From Schmidtea polychroa (Eukaryota): DNA of 64,000 nt. Both the position numbers and the translations under genes were made by a program. The stretch is taken from positions 128,092,001 through 128,156,000 of the forward strand of contig CM097886.1 in the NCBI GenBank assembly GCA_044892525.1. The letters are read 5' to 3'. Under the pieces are notes generated by a model. The model saw only the letters and a program-made list of their open reading frames with translations. It was not told the origin of the DNA and searched no databases. Below, piece by piece: positions 1 to 12,924 of this stretch (positions are counted from its first letter, which is position 1; each line of letters starts with the position of its first letter).

Positions 1-227
1 TATTGAACTCGAGGAGTCATATAAATAATCTCTATAAAGGATCACTCAGCCTATGAATTTCAATCTATGAGAGTTGCGTATCTGTGGCTGATTTCGGGAG
101 CACTACTTTACCAAGCGAATATATTGTCCGTCATGCTCTATTACCATGTTAATAACCACCCAAGAATAATTATCATTATTAGTATTATTCATATTTATAC
201 GCTGTACAATTATAAGGTGTACTCTTC

Positions 228-2714
228 TCAGACTGATACAAATGAATTTAGATGATCATCGAAATTACTATAGTTATTTAAAAAAGGGTCTTCAAATCTG
301 TTCCGAGGAAATTGTAATACGCAATCTGAATAGCACTCTAAGTCAGATCCACTACTGGAACGGATGCTATTCACAGGAACCTCAGTGTAAGGTTCAAGAT
401 ATTGAACCTGAAAGTTTTTCGTTGACAATATTTCATTTTCATTGTTATACTGAAGTCCCGGAAATTTTCTAAACAATGGTAGCATTGTTATGCATGACTG
501 GAGCTTCATGCGATATTTCTTTCTCCGAACATTCCTTATTTTGTCACAATAATGCGAAATTATATTTCTGGATTTGTGAAAATTTTCGGAGGGTTCTTCC
601 AAATATTCAATCGTAACTGGCTTGACGGGGTGAATATTTATCTTCATTTTTGATACCAGAACTCGTAGTAATGAGTGCATCTTTCCGAAACAATTTACTT
701 GATTAAACACTGACTTTTTAAACTTGATGTCTAAACTAATTGGACTTGGAGGATAATGGATATAATTCATACTCGAAGACAAATAATCGGGAGTGCTCAT
801 CACAATGGGGTCATAAATGATATCCACATTTTTTTCGTTACTTAAATCCATTCCATCGTTTTTTATAACAATTTTACGGACAAACCCGACTTCTAGATGT
901 AAATCTGTTGACGTTAAGTATGCTACATTCAAAAGTGACTTCGTTTGGGTCGTTACTGAAATATTCTCCAAGAGGTGTAAAATGGGTTGAATAAGTGCCG
1001 CCTGCTCCTGCAATTGGATGGATCCGATTACTCCGAACTTGTAATCATCTAAAATGCAATTAGAATTTGGTTCAACGCAGCTGTTGGGTGCAAATATCTG
1101 ACACCGATTGACCACTAATGACATTGTAGAATGGCAAGAATGAAAATTGGTCTTCGTCGATACTACTTTCATCTTTTCAATAGAAACTTCATTAGCATCC
1201 TTTTCAATGGATTCAATTTTAAAGTTCTCAGGATATTCACTCGCACTAATTCTTCTATTTGTGTAACAGTACCGACAACGCTTTGCAAAAATATGATATG
1301 CTACCTCGCATCTTTTCCAATGATGAACGAGCTGGCCAAGGAATTCTTGAGTGGTGGAAAAGTTCTTACAAAAGCAAGCTACTACATTGATCTTCTTTAA
1401 GAAACAAAACATTATCAAGTAAAGATATGTCAAAATGAAACATTTATCAAAGATATGATTCCAGAATGACAAGTGGTTATTGTTGAGATTGCCGCACCGG
1501 CAAATGTGGGTAGAAATGGATGAATTACTGCCTCTAGGAACGTAGCAGCTGTGATTATATTTTAGTGTAATCTCACTGAATCTTATCAAACATTTCGAAC
1601 ATGAATATGGGAGTTTACAAAAAAGAAAATCGACTTTGTCAAGCTCTTCTTTTCTGAAGGTTAAGTTCTCGGAATTTACATCACAAAGCAATTCCGATGG
1701 CCTCGACTTTTGGGCTAAGTTGAAGTCCAAAGTAAAATCAAAAAAATCTTCAAATTTAAATAAATTTAAGTTGAACTCCGCGTTAAATTTATTTTGAATT
1801 TTGTTTTTATTTTCTTTAAAATGACTCTTTACCCTCTCCGAGATCTGTGATGTTTTCGGACAGAAATGGCAAATATTGTTTGCACTTTCCTGTGACTTGT
1901 TGCTTGAAAACGCTGGGCATTCGGAAACCAAGTGATACATCCAGCTGAAGAAATCGAAATTCTTTGGAACATCATTGATTACTTTGCTATGCAATTTGCT
2001 GCACATTGAACACCAAGGGGGACTCAACGAGTCACTTGAAGGATCAGTTGAAGATATGGCTGTAATTAGCCAATAAAATGTCGCGATGGGGCACGCGGAC
2101 AATGTTAACCTTTTATGTTGTTTATTGAAAGTTGGTAGTACATGATGCATGAATGATACGTGAGTTGAAAACAATTTTCCACAAGGACAGTGATGCAAAG
2201 GTTGCAACAAAGGAGTTCGTTTACAGTCATGCGAAATCAACAAGTTGATGACGTTGCAATCGGGACTGAAATTTGGAATATTTTCAGAACAAACTGGACA
2301 AAACAGCTGAAAGTTTTGATAAAACTCATTAATAACCTCCACCTGACTTTGCCACTGGGAACTTAGACTTACCTTGAAATCACCAACCATTTGCAAGTCT
2401 AATTCGCTAAACATAACAGACTTCTGATGCTGCATTATTAGCTTTTGAAGGTATTGGTTCAGCCAGATGTTTCCAAGGTTCTTTAACAAGTCGGACTTGT
2501 AGCTGAAATATATCCTCGTTGGAATCATAACAAATTTTGTAAAGCAAGATAAATAATCCCAATCATTTTCATTGTCAGACGAACTTCCAGATTGGCCAGC
2601 ATTTCTAGGCAGTTTCAGAAATGATTTGGAAAAGTATTTATTTACGTGATCTAGCAAGCTTTTGTTACTATCCCTGCCAGTTTTGGAAAATAATAATTCA
2701 GAAGAACTACTCAT
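228..2714 (-). CDS. Intronless 828-aa Cys/His-rich protein with multiple degenerate C2H2/C2HC zinc-finger-like motifs, family not recognised
   Basis: Uninterrupted 2.5-kb ORF in very AT-rich DNA. Motifs include CPVC..SHDC, CPCGKLFSTHVSFMHH, CSMCSK..YHLVSEC, CSKCLIRFSEITLKYNHSC, CRCGNL..HLSFWNHIFDKC and CFCKNF..LVHHWKRC. An upstream exon cannot be excluded. Confidence 0.6.
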   Translation of the reverse strand: MSSSSELLFSKTGRDSNKSLLDHVNKYFSKSFLKLPRNAGQSGSSSDNENDWDYLSCFTKFVMIPTRIYFSYKSDLLKNLGNIWLNQYLQKLIMQHQKSVMFSELDLQMVGDFKVSLSSQWQSQVEVINEFYQNFQLFCPVCSENIPNFSPDCNVINLLISHDCKRTPLLQPLHHCPCGKLFSTHVSFMHHVLPTFNKQHKRLTLSACPIATFYWLITAISSTDPSSDSLSPPWCSMCSKLHSKVINDVPKNFDFFSWMYHLVSECPAFSSNKSQESANNICHFCPKTSQISERVKSHFKENKNKIQNKFNAEFNLNLFKFEDFFDFTLDFNLAQKSRPSELLCDVNSENLTFRKEELDKVDFLFCKLPYSCSKCLIRFSEITLKYNHSCYVPRGSNSSISTHICRCGNLNNNHLSFWNHIFDKCFILTYLYLIMFCFLKKINVVACFCKNFSTTQEFLGQLVHHWKRCEVAYHIFAKRCRYCYTNRRISASEYPENFKIESIEKDANEVSIEKMKVVSTKTNFHSCHSTMSLVVNRCQIFAPNSCVEPNSNCILDDYKFGVIGSIQLQEQAALIQPILHLLENISVTTQTKSLLNVAYLTSTDLHLEVGFVRKIVIKNDGMDLSNEKNVDIIYDPIVMSTPDYLSSSMNYIHYPPSPISLDIKFKKSVFNQVNCFGKMHSLLRVLVSKMKINIHPVKPVTIEYLEEPSENFHKSRNIISHYCDKIRNVRRKKYRMKLQSCITMLPLFRKFPGLQYNNENEILSTKNFQVQYLEPYTEVPVNSIRSSSGSDLECYSDCVLQFPRNRFEDPFLNNYSNFDDHLNSFVSV

Positions 2715-3537
2715 TATCTATTGATTATATTATAATATTATATAATAATAATGGATTATATTATTATGGCCAACATTCAATTAAGGGCTCTTGGATCCCT
2801 TATCGCCAGGATTAAAGTTAACTTAATGGTATACATAAGCGGTTTTTACTCTTTATGTTGTCCAAGCACACCTAATAACCATAAATATTTTGAGGCTCCA
2901 GATCTTTATTATTTTATTTAACTGTTAAGATATAAAATAAAGACGCAAGGACAATTTTTAAAAAAGTGCCTCGAGTACTTATAAAGTGATGATTTTGTCC
3001 AGTAGGTCATCTGGCATATCTGCTGATTTGTTAATTATTAATCGGCAGGATTTTACTGTATATTTAACTCTGAAAAAGATTTAAACTTGTAACACCGCTA
3101 CGGGTCACTGCATGTCAACTGATATAGCGACACAGCGTTTCATTACAGCAGCTATTCTCAATCCAAAGGTCGCGACCCCTATTGGGGTCGCGTCACAATT
3201 TTCCGGGGTCATTTAAGACATTCTGAAAATAATTTATGTGCGCTAGTCCATAGTTTCTTACTATCATTTAAAATTTAAGCGATACTCCTACTCTGACTAC
3301 AGTCACTACACTGAAGCGATGTACAATTCTAATTTATATACTAATCTAAATAAATTCATTCGACAGATGTCAGGAGCCTATATAATTTAATAATTTCAGC
3401 TATTTAAATTCTTGCAACTTCAATTCCATTTACGAAATTACCTACATACTTAGTGACGTAAAATGAAATCATATCCTGCTTGCGGCAAAACAGTGTTATC
3501 AACTATTAGTAAAATTAGTCATGCACGTGCTTCATAT

Positions 3538-4364
3538 TGTTGGGGTTCAACAGGAGAGGCACAAAAATGAAGTGAAAAATCAATAAAAACACCAAATTCA
3601 CAATAAAAATTTAAAGTACAAAATATTAATTAAAAATAAAAAAATTAAAAATGAATATTTTCCGGGGGAAACTGGTATGAGGTTAAATAATGAGACGAGT
3701 TCAACTATAATAAAATAAAATCAATGGAGGCTCCCTAGAAGAAATAAATTACAAAAAACAAAAATTAATTAAAAATTAATTAACTAATGGAGAACCCGAG
3801 CTAATGGGAAACCCGAGACAATGGAAAACCCGAGCGATTTGAGAGAACCTGAATTATCAATCAAATTAGGAATGGTAATTAAATTAGCCGACTAAAATTA
3901 AATTGGAGCGAGCCGTCAAAGGAGACGGGCAAATTCCTCAAAGCGAATTAAAGCTACGAGAGAAAGCCCGGGGGAAGTTGGAAAGTAAAATCAATTACAA
4001 AATGGATATAAAAGCGACTGGCAAGAAAACAAAATTGCCAGTTGGTCGAAGAAAAAGAAAACAAGAAGTTTAGCGAGAGCGACAAAGAGAACGTTAAAAT
4101 TAGTAGCAATTGAATAATTTAGATCGAACGTACAAAAAAAGGGACATCTCCCGTTGGAAGATCTATCCCTGCGTGAGATTTGTAGTTGTATTGAAATTGC
4201 AAACCAAAAAGGGTTGTATCAAGTGTGGTTGAATTAATAAAAAGTGTAACTAAAGTGTATTTGTATCAGTCTTAAATAAAAATTTTGTGTTGGGTCGTTT
4301 ATTTATTTTGAAAAGAACACAAAGGAGTCAGACAGTAATACTGACTTGCACAAAATACCCAATA
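3538..4364. mobile_element. Solo LTR nested in the hAT element
   Basis: Starts TGTTGGG and ends CCCAATA (near-inverted termini). 4-bp TSD ATAT at 3534-3537 and 4365-4368. No ORF. Confidence 0.7.
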
Positions 4365-4460
4365 ATATTCTCTAATAATTTTTATAAAAGTCAACTAAAC
4401 TAAAAGTTTTATTATAAATTTTTATATTGATTAAATTTGCTTGCCCATTGTAATGAATGA

Positions 4461-6176
4461 GTGAGAAAGAAGTGTTAGGAAAATAAAATATAGTGATGAA
4501 TTTTTAAAGTATGGCTTTACTTTCATAGTTGTAGCAAAAATTGAAAAGCCACAATGCGTTATTTGCAATGAAATTATGTCAGCTGAATCCATGAAGCCCA
4601 ATAAACTGAAACCTCATTTTCATACTAAACATCCTAATTATGCAGGCAAGGATGTCCAGTAATTTAAGAACAAAGCTGAGGGTGTCGAGAAAAGCAGATT
4701 TGATTCTGGTGGCCAGTACCAACAGCAAAATGTAGCAGTCATTGAAGCTTCATATTTGGTGGCTCTTAGAATCGCTAAAGCCAAGAAACCTCACACCATT
4801 GCCGAAGACTTGCTGTTTCCAGCGACCAGACATTGTTCAAGTTATGCTTGGAGTTGAATATGTTAACAAATTGAATACAATATCCTTGTACAATGACACC
4901 TTCAATAGAAGAATAGATGACATGTCTGCTGATATTATTGAGCAAGTAATCCAAGAAATGAAATATGCTTCCCTTGAAATATTTAGCATTCAACTTGATG
5001 AAGCAAACTGTTCTCAGTTACTGGTTTACGTGAGATGAGTTTCTTTTTTGCAAACCACTTGAAACGACATCTACTGCACACGATGTATTTGACACATTTG
5101 GGTCATTTCTTCAAAATCATGACATCCCCTGGGGGAATGTTTGTGGTGTTTGCACAGACGGTGCTCCAGCAATGCTAAGATGTATGTCTGGATTTCAACG
5201 TTTGGTAATCAATGCATCACCGAAAGTCATAGGAATGAAGACTTTGCCACACGAATTTCAAGAATTAATGAAAAATATTGTAAGTGCCGTGAATTTTGTA
5301 AAAGCTAGTGCTTTAAACAGCCGTCTGTTTTCAAAACTTTGTAGTGAGTTAGATGCATCCAATAATGTTCTTCTATGTCACACTGATGTGAGATGGTTGT
5401 CCAGAGGCAAAGTTTTAAAACGTGTTTTTGATCTTCGAAATGAATTAAAAACGTCTTTTAATAAAAAATCTAACCCACACTTTGAAGCATTTTTTGTCAA
5501 AAAAAAACAACTTCACAAAATTGTTTATTTGGTTGATATCTTTGCATTTTTAAACGAATTAAATTTATCCCCCCCCCCAAGGACCAAATGCAAAATCCCT
5601 AGATTTGTCAGAAAAGATCCGAACACTTCAATTGAAACTTCAACTTTGGCGAACGAAATTGGATGAAAATATAATTTATATGTTGTTGAACTTATCTGAT
5701 TTCTTTAAGAAAATGACATTGAACAGGAAACAATGGATAGAACAATAGTTTCTGTCAAAGAACATTTTAAAATTCTTGAAGAAGAGATTTCAAGATATTT
5801 TCCAAATTTACTTGATACACCATTTGCACTTGCTAGAAGTCCATTTACCATCAGAGTTAAAGATGTTCCTGAGAATGCACAAGAGAAATTCATTGAACTC
5901 ATGACCAGCGATGCAGCAAAAATGATTTCTCTTCATTATCAATTACCAAATTCTAGATCAAGTGTTTGCACTCATATCCTGTTCTGTCTGAGATCGTTTT
6001 GCCCTGCTTCTTCCTTTTCCAACAACCTTTGTGAAACAGGCTTTTCAAGCGTGTTGGTTATCAAATCAAAATACAGAAGTAGACTTGTCGCAGATGATCT
6101 GCGTTGTGCTCTTGCAAAGACCACTTCAAGAATTTCTGATTTGGCAAGAAAGAAGCAAGCACAGCCTTCTCACTAA
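4461..6176 (+). pseudogene. Buster/ZBED5-like hAT transposase pseudogene
   Basis: Segments KPQCVICNEIMSAESMKPNKLKPHFHTKHP (BED-type), FSIQLDE, DVRWLSRGKVLKRVFDLRNE and LCETGFSSVLVIKSKYRSRL. Several frameshifts and stops. Start approximate. Confidence 0.85.
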
Positions 6177-6670
6177 CGCCTTTTCGGTTTTGTCACTAAC
6201 ATTTTCGTAGTTATAATTAATATTAATAAAATTTTTACTTTTTTCAGGTTTATTTTCTTTTCAAATTTTATAAACTAAAGCCCCAACTTTAAAGTTAATA
6301 GCTTCGATTGTGTGTGACTCTTAATTATATAATGTACATTGCACAAAAAATGTTGTCACTTAAAATATTGTAAATGAAAATATTTTATTCCTTTGCAAAT
6401 TCATTTTTAAAAATATTAACCAAAACATATAACAAATTGGTAAAAAAAATATGGTGCCATTAATTATAAAATATAAATAAAATCAGATGTTTAGAAGTTA
6501 AAAACACAATAGTTAGCTGCAAAAATGCAGTGACTGAGGAGCAACCCTATTAATTTTATTGTTAGGGTCGTCAAAACTTGACAAATGTTATCAAGGGGTC
6601 ACAGCACCAGAAAGGTTGGGAACCGCCGCATTACAGCGTAATAGTGATGCGAGGTTAAACTTGTGTTTCA

Positions 6671-6949
6671 TTGCTTTTTGGTTCGTTAACAAGAGATGGT
6701 GCGCCGGCTATGATTGGGAAGAATAAAGGGGCAGTAAATTTGATTATCACTGAGTTAGAATCAAAAACCAACAAAACCGGTGATATATATGTGATACATT
6801 GTTTGATACACCAACAAAATTTATGCGCTCAAGTATTATCTGTTGTTATAAAAAAGTCTGTTGTTATTAAAACAATCAAATATATTCGATCGCATACCCT
6901 TCAACATCGCCAATATCGATGTTTTTTTGATATCTCTACTGATTCATAG
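6671..6949 (+). pseudogene. Fragment of a second hAT transposase (SPIN/GTF2IRD2-like)
   Basis: DGAPAMIGKNKGAV and IHCLIHQQNLCAQ motifs, immediately outside the right TSD of the 3149-6628 element. Confidence 0.7.
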
Positions 6950-7271
6950 TCAAAAAAGTTCTTATAATATTTTGTTAATTTGAGATTGAACCAATTTCAA
7001 TATCCAGAATTTTTTGGACGTGAACTCATCAATCAATCTGGACGACCTGAAAATCGGCTGAGTTCATGGCAAATAGAAATTATTGCCAAACCAATAAAGT
7101 GACCCTGAACCTTAAATGCTCTTCCCAAGCTTCAATTTTGAAAATAATTTCCAAGTGGCTGCAACTGAAACCGGACAAGTGAGCAAAACTATTAAAAATT
7201 GGAAAGATTTCCACTGAAGGATTTGTTGTGATATATTTACGCTTTCCTTACGTAAGTTGCGTTCAATTCTG

Positions 7272-7349
7272 GTTTGTGTTGATTATTTGTTGTATTATCA
7301 CTGGCGACTGAATTCATATCAGCATCAGAACAAAGAGAAGCCAGCTCCA
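7272..7349 (-). repeat. 78-bp duplicate of a RhoGEF exon segment (10037-10114)
   Basis: Same orientation, 3 substitutions in 78 bp. Encodes [25 protein letters not shown] versus [25 protein letters not shown]. Confidence 0.85.
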
Positions 7350-8002
7350 AATAACATTTTATGAAAAATGCAACCAATTAGGAGAAAAGACAAAAAAGAG
7401 TAAAAATTTAAGATTTCTGATGCTGTAGATTTCTTAAATTGTGATGTTTAGGTCCAGAGGTAACCGTAGTTAACGCTATTGGTTTATTGAATTATGAAAA
7501 CTCATTAAGAGTAACCAAAAATTACCAATTTGAAGGAAATCCATATCTAAACATTTTTGACAATGTCTGCACCCAATATAAATTCGCCGTTTAAATGTGT
7601 GAATGTTAAATATTGATTCTTGATAAACTATTTTGGGCTAGAAATAGCAAATCGATTCCAATCCACCCCACTCTACACATTCAACCCAACCCCTTCATAA
7701 CCTACTCAGTCAAATGCATTGCGAATGGTTGATATGAATGAAGGTGGGTATATTCAATTGATAAAAGCGATTCCCAGCAACTAAAACACGGAAGCTAAAA
7801 GACATGTAAAAGATATCTATTTGAAAAATTTCAATTTCATTTATACATCTGGGTGTCAATCGTCATCAAAACGATCAGAAATAAAAAGCGCTTATTGCAT
7901 TGCAATTGCACTCGCAACAGATCAAAGGAAAAATTGATCGAGTTATCACCGGATCAGTGCGAGCCGAGTCAAATGCAAAAGGTGAGCTACTCCATAGAAA
8001 GA

Positions 8003-11000
8003 CTATCTGTCAGACTGGAATATCGAAACCAGGTCCCTCACTCTATACGGTGTGGCTGATTCCGAACTTGATAAATTGGGCGATGACAAGTCATTATTAT
8101 TTCCTGATTTCGATTGGGCATTTACACTCGCTTTCAGCTTATCATTGGATGCGGATTTGATTTTGTCAAACATTTCGATCCGGAACTGTGGTAATTGCCG
8201 TGGAGGTTTGAGGGGCCGCTCTGAATCTCCCAATTCTTTGTCTATGTGTTCATCATCATTTGGCTTATTATTCTGTGGTAAATTAGGCGCAGTGGGTGCC
8301 TTTTTCTTCCTGGAATTGGATTTCTGAATTAATCCGCGCGGTTGCACAATATAATCTATAGAATTAGACTTATTGATTGTTCTCTTCATTTCACAGTTCC
8401 CATTGTCTGGCAATGATTTATTATTATTATTATTGTTTTCATTTTCTACAGCGCAGTTTCCAGATTTACTTTTATCTCGTTTCGTCAACTTTGCAGAGGC
8501 CTTGAAAAACCTGAAACATTTAATAAGAAACATTTAACTGATTATCTATGAAAAATAGCCAATAGACATAGCTGTCCTCTGACTAAAGAGCGCAAATAAT
8601 TTATAAACTTGTCAGGGTTTAATTTGAATTAATTATTAAAGTCATTATCGAATTTATTTCTGACTTCTCCTGTATTCATATATATATATATATATATCAA
8701 ATCAACGAACTCCCAAAAAACTATAAATTTATTGATATCGAATTGACTACATAAAATATTGCCTTGGACTGCAAAGTCAATAAATTGCAATTAATTATAT
8801 CACTATGCCGTACATGCTAACAATTACACAACAACTAGAAATTCAACAATGAGATGGTTCAGCCACTGAAATTATTTTCCGTTCAGTTTCTTAATAAATT
8901 TTCGTTTATATGTCAATCAATTCGTTATCTTTTCTTCTAAGATTTTTAAAATATTTAAGTGCAACTCATTTTGTTGCAATTTTTTTATACTTACTTGCTT
9001 TAAGTAATTTCCATTTAACTTAAGAATCCCTTTCTTCATACCTGTTCCTGGCATTTGCACGAACGAAATGACTGTAACCTGATCACGTAGCTAAATTCGA
9101 TGTTTTAAATTTGTTTTCATATACTATTTTCCATTTATTTCGACAGAAATTTGTAAATACTTTTCTTTTGATTAATTTATTAGACTTTTAATGTTTTTTA
9201 TTTACTTTAGGTTTTCAGGGTCTTCGAATGGTAATTTTTATTATTTTTATAAGTACTATAATTCATCAATTTTTAAGGATAATTTCTTATTCTTTTTTGT
9301 CTTGCACACTTATCGACAGCTCGTTTCACTGAATTGTTCCCCTTATATCTGACAAATATTTTTTATTTATTCCAGACCGCTGTAAATCAGCAAAAGAATA
9401 ATAAATAAAAATCAAACTTTTAATCGTCTTTGGCATTGTATGTAAAATGACATTTCTCCATCCAATGATGCATAATTCGTACAGTTTCACCAAATATTTA
9501 TATTTAACACGTTGAACGCCGTGCGAATCGAATCGTATACGATGCACAATACATTTGTTCATTGTGTGTGTGTGCGGCGTTCAACGTGTTAAATCGTTAT
9601 ACCACGTAATATATTAAAGCTTATAGAAATTTTTACAAAATAGTCATGGTAACTAAGAATAGAAAATCATTCCCTTTTAACTTAAAGATTTATGTTTACT
9701 GTTTTTATTATTATATTTATAGGCAGCAGTTAATTACTTATACTACCTTTTGACGAGGCCTTGTTTTTGTTCCCCATCGAAAAGAGTTCCCCAATCACTG
9801 TTGCTTCTCGTGGTTTTCGTTTCACGAACGCTGGAAAATAAAACTTTTTTGGCCCTTGAATTACCGATGATATTATTATTGTTGAATTCTCGAGATATCG
9901 AAGAATTGGTGTCCATGCTACTGGTAAACGAATTAGCTTTGGCATAGAGAGAAATTCCAAAAGTCCGATCCATCGATGTCGACTACACAGAATTAAATTA
10001 TCGCCAGTTATGATCATATATGAAGGTTTACCTTGCGTTTGTGTTGATTATTTGTTGCATTATCACTGGCGACCGAATCCATATCAGCATCAGAACAAAG
10101 AGAAGCCAGCTCCATTTCTCCCAACAAAACACTGGAATTATCTGAGTTATCTTGCATCTGTTTCAAAGGCTGGAAAATTTCTTTGATATCATCTGATGTC
10201 CATCTGATTTTATTTCTTGATTTCGATATATATTGCTCATAGGTTTTTTCATACGGAGATAACTGCTGGCCGCTGCCACTGTAAAAATTCTCCTCGTTCA
10301 CATCCACCATTATGGACCGACAGTCAACATCATCGTCATTTGTACAATGTCTCCTGGTCGACCACTGGTATATGCTGGGGTCACGATAATTGATCTTTGA
10401 TTCTGACTTTATGGCACCTACACTATTCCGTCTTTTGATACTTTTCTGTTTACTTTGACTGGAGTGTGTGGAAACTGGGTCAAACATTTTCCGAAGACTT
10501 GATTCCAAATCCAGCACATCGTTCTCTCGATTTAAGGTTATGTGAAATTTTTCTAACACATCGTTACTGATTGGTTGGCACTGAGAAAGAACTATAAAAA
10601 ATAATAATTATTATGTGACTCAAACTCGGACATGAATATAAGAAAAATAAAATTCTGATTACGAGAGTAATTAATAAATATTGCCGATAGTTTATTGCAA
10701 ACCACGTCACCAAAGAGATCCCTAAAAGACGGAAACTCATTTCGTTAATCTGTAAAAGGGTCAATCTGAAAGGAAAATATGGCTGATATTTGTTGGAATG
10801 ATTATATGAAATAATACATGAAACTTACAGAGAGAAGTGCATACCGCACCCTTGGACAAAATGTTAAACATAAGATATTCTTATTTAGTGTTAATGACAA
10901 AATCATTTGAATAAAATAAATTCAGCTGTATAAGTCCTAATAAGAAGGTATTTCTTGAGACAGAGGCGACAAATATTCTAAATATGAGAAAAACTACAGG

Positions 11001-12839
11001 AGACATAGATAGTGTTAATTGACACTATTGTTGAGGATACCTAAATTATAAAATCAAAATAATTATTAAAAGCGTAAAATGATTGGGCATAAATGAAGAT
11101 AAATGAATGGTGAATATTCTTCTGGAATTCAGTGAAATAGGGTGAAGAGAGATTGAAAGATGAAAGAGGAACAAAAGAGTATCAATAAAAAGAGACAGTT
11201 AAATAAAAGAAGGTCATTCTTAATTAATAAGTACGATCGCAAAAGAAGCAAAACTTAGATTATCTTGTTATCTCGATGGGCTACTCGAGATAAAGAAAAA
11301 AAGTTCATGGAAAATCTGAGATCGGATCGTCAAAAAACTATATATCTCGACAGGTGTCAGAGATTACGAAGTGCCCAATGGAACAGGTGGAAAAAGGAAT
11401 GAATTATCAATAAGTGCCATCAGATTGAAAGGTATAAAACTGAACACAAATTGGGAAAAACGAGAAAAATATACGACGAGAGAAAAATTTGCGACGAAAA
11501 GAGAGAAAATTTGCTAGAAAGAAATAAATTGTTGAGAATCAGGAAACATTTGGAAGAAACTTGCGTATTGAATTAGTAAATCAGAAGTAGTTGTGAAACT
11601 GAAATCAAGTTAAAGGTAATCGGATCAATTTTGCAAATCGCCCGTTACCGGCAGTAGTCAAGTGGTTGTGTTCTTTCAGTATTGCCATTATTATGCTATT
11701 CCTCCCGAAACGATGTAATAATCATTTGAAACATTTGAGGTGTTGAAAATTGGTATCGTTGAATTCGTTGTAATCAATTATGATAATCAATAGAGTTTTA
11801 CGTCGTTAGGATTTGTCATTATCGTTATTAAATAACACGCTTGGAGCCCGATCAGTAATTGGCAGTTTAATAATCACCGACCAACTACAATATACCCAAC
11901 ACTATCATTGCAAATAGAACCAACCTAGGTCGTGCAGAGTCTCCAATGTATCAAAATGAAGCGGTTGATTAACAAGATACAAATAATCAATTAGTATTAA
12001 GATATTTATTCCAAAATTTGTTATCAATGACCTAACTACTCACCGTTATGCTTATTGTCCAAAAGGATCCGCTTGGCCCGCTCTGAAATCGAATTGTGTT
12101 CATAGGAACTAATGATCAGTTGTTTGATCATCTTACACCACATTTCTTTCTCTTGCGCATTCATAACCTGAAGGGTGGCTTTGTTTTTGTTGTCTGTGGT
12201 GTCGATTACATGGAATTCTAATGGCTGTTTCGGTATATATTCGAACAGCATCATCTCATTACACTGGTTTCATATAAAATGAAGAGCATTTTAATTACAT
12301 TTATATTTACCTTTATCACTTGTCTAATGTCCCACTTACCGTTTCCTAAACGTTTCGCGAGCACCAACGCATTTTCACATAGCAATACCAATCTCGAATT
12401 CCTACATCCGGGTACTTTCAGTTCTCCATCAAGAAATGGAGTTCCAAGGATCGGACAGTTTAATGTTGTCGTGTCATACAATTCGTCAAGTAACTGTAAT
12501 CGTCGCAATTGTTCCTCACGCTCCATCTGTTTCTCATTGATACGATTAGCAACTTGCAGCATATTATCAAGGGCTTTTAATAGGGATTCCACGACACTAT
12601 TTGCGCTGGCGTGGTTCATTAATTTGCAACACTGAATAAGCTCCTATGACAAATGAATCATTGTATAATTCATTAAACATTTTATGAGTCAGGTTCAAAC
12701 ATTAGACATTAAATCAGATTCACTGAGTAAACATTTGAGTCGACTAAGCATAATTAATGACAAATTTATTTAGACTGTTGTGAGTCTGACTATTTTTATA
12801 CCATTTTGCTCTATTTCATATAAATATTGTTAACTTTTT

Positions 12840-12924
<85 letters not shown>

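Larger units (their letters stand above)
3149..6628 (+). mobile_element. hAT (Buster/Charlie-type) DNA transposon, decayed
   Basis: Imperfect TIRs CAGCTATTCTCAATCC / (rc) CGGCGGTTCCCAACC. Exact 8-bp TSD CATTACAG at 3141-3148 and 6629-6636. Internal transposase remnants. Confidence 0.9.

Noticed and set aside
7853-12635. Plus-strand ORFs 7853-8059, 7900-8160, 8052-8327, 9750-9947 and 12279-12635
   Set aside because: These are antisense shadows of RhoGEF exons.
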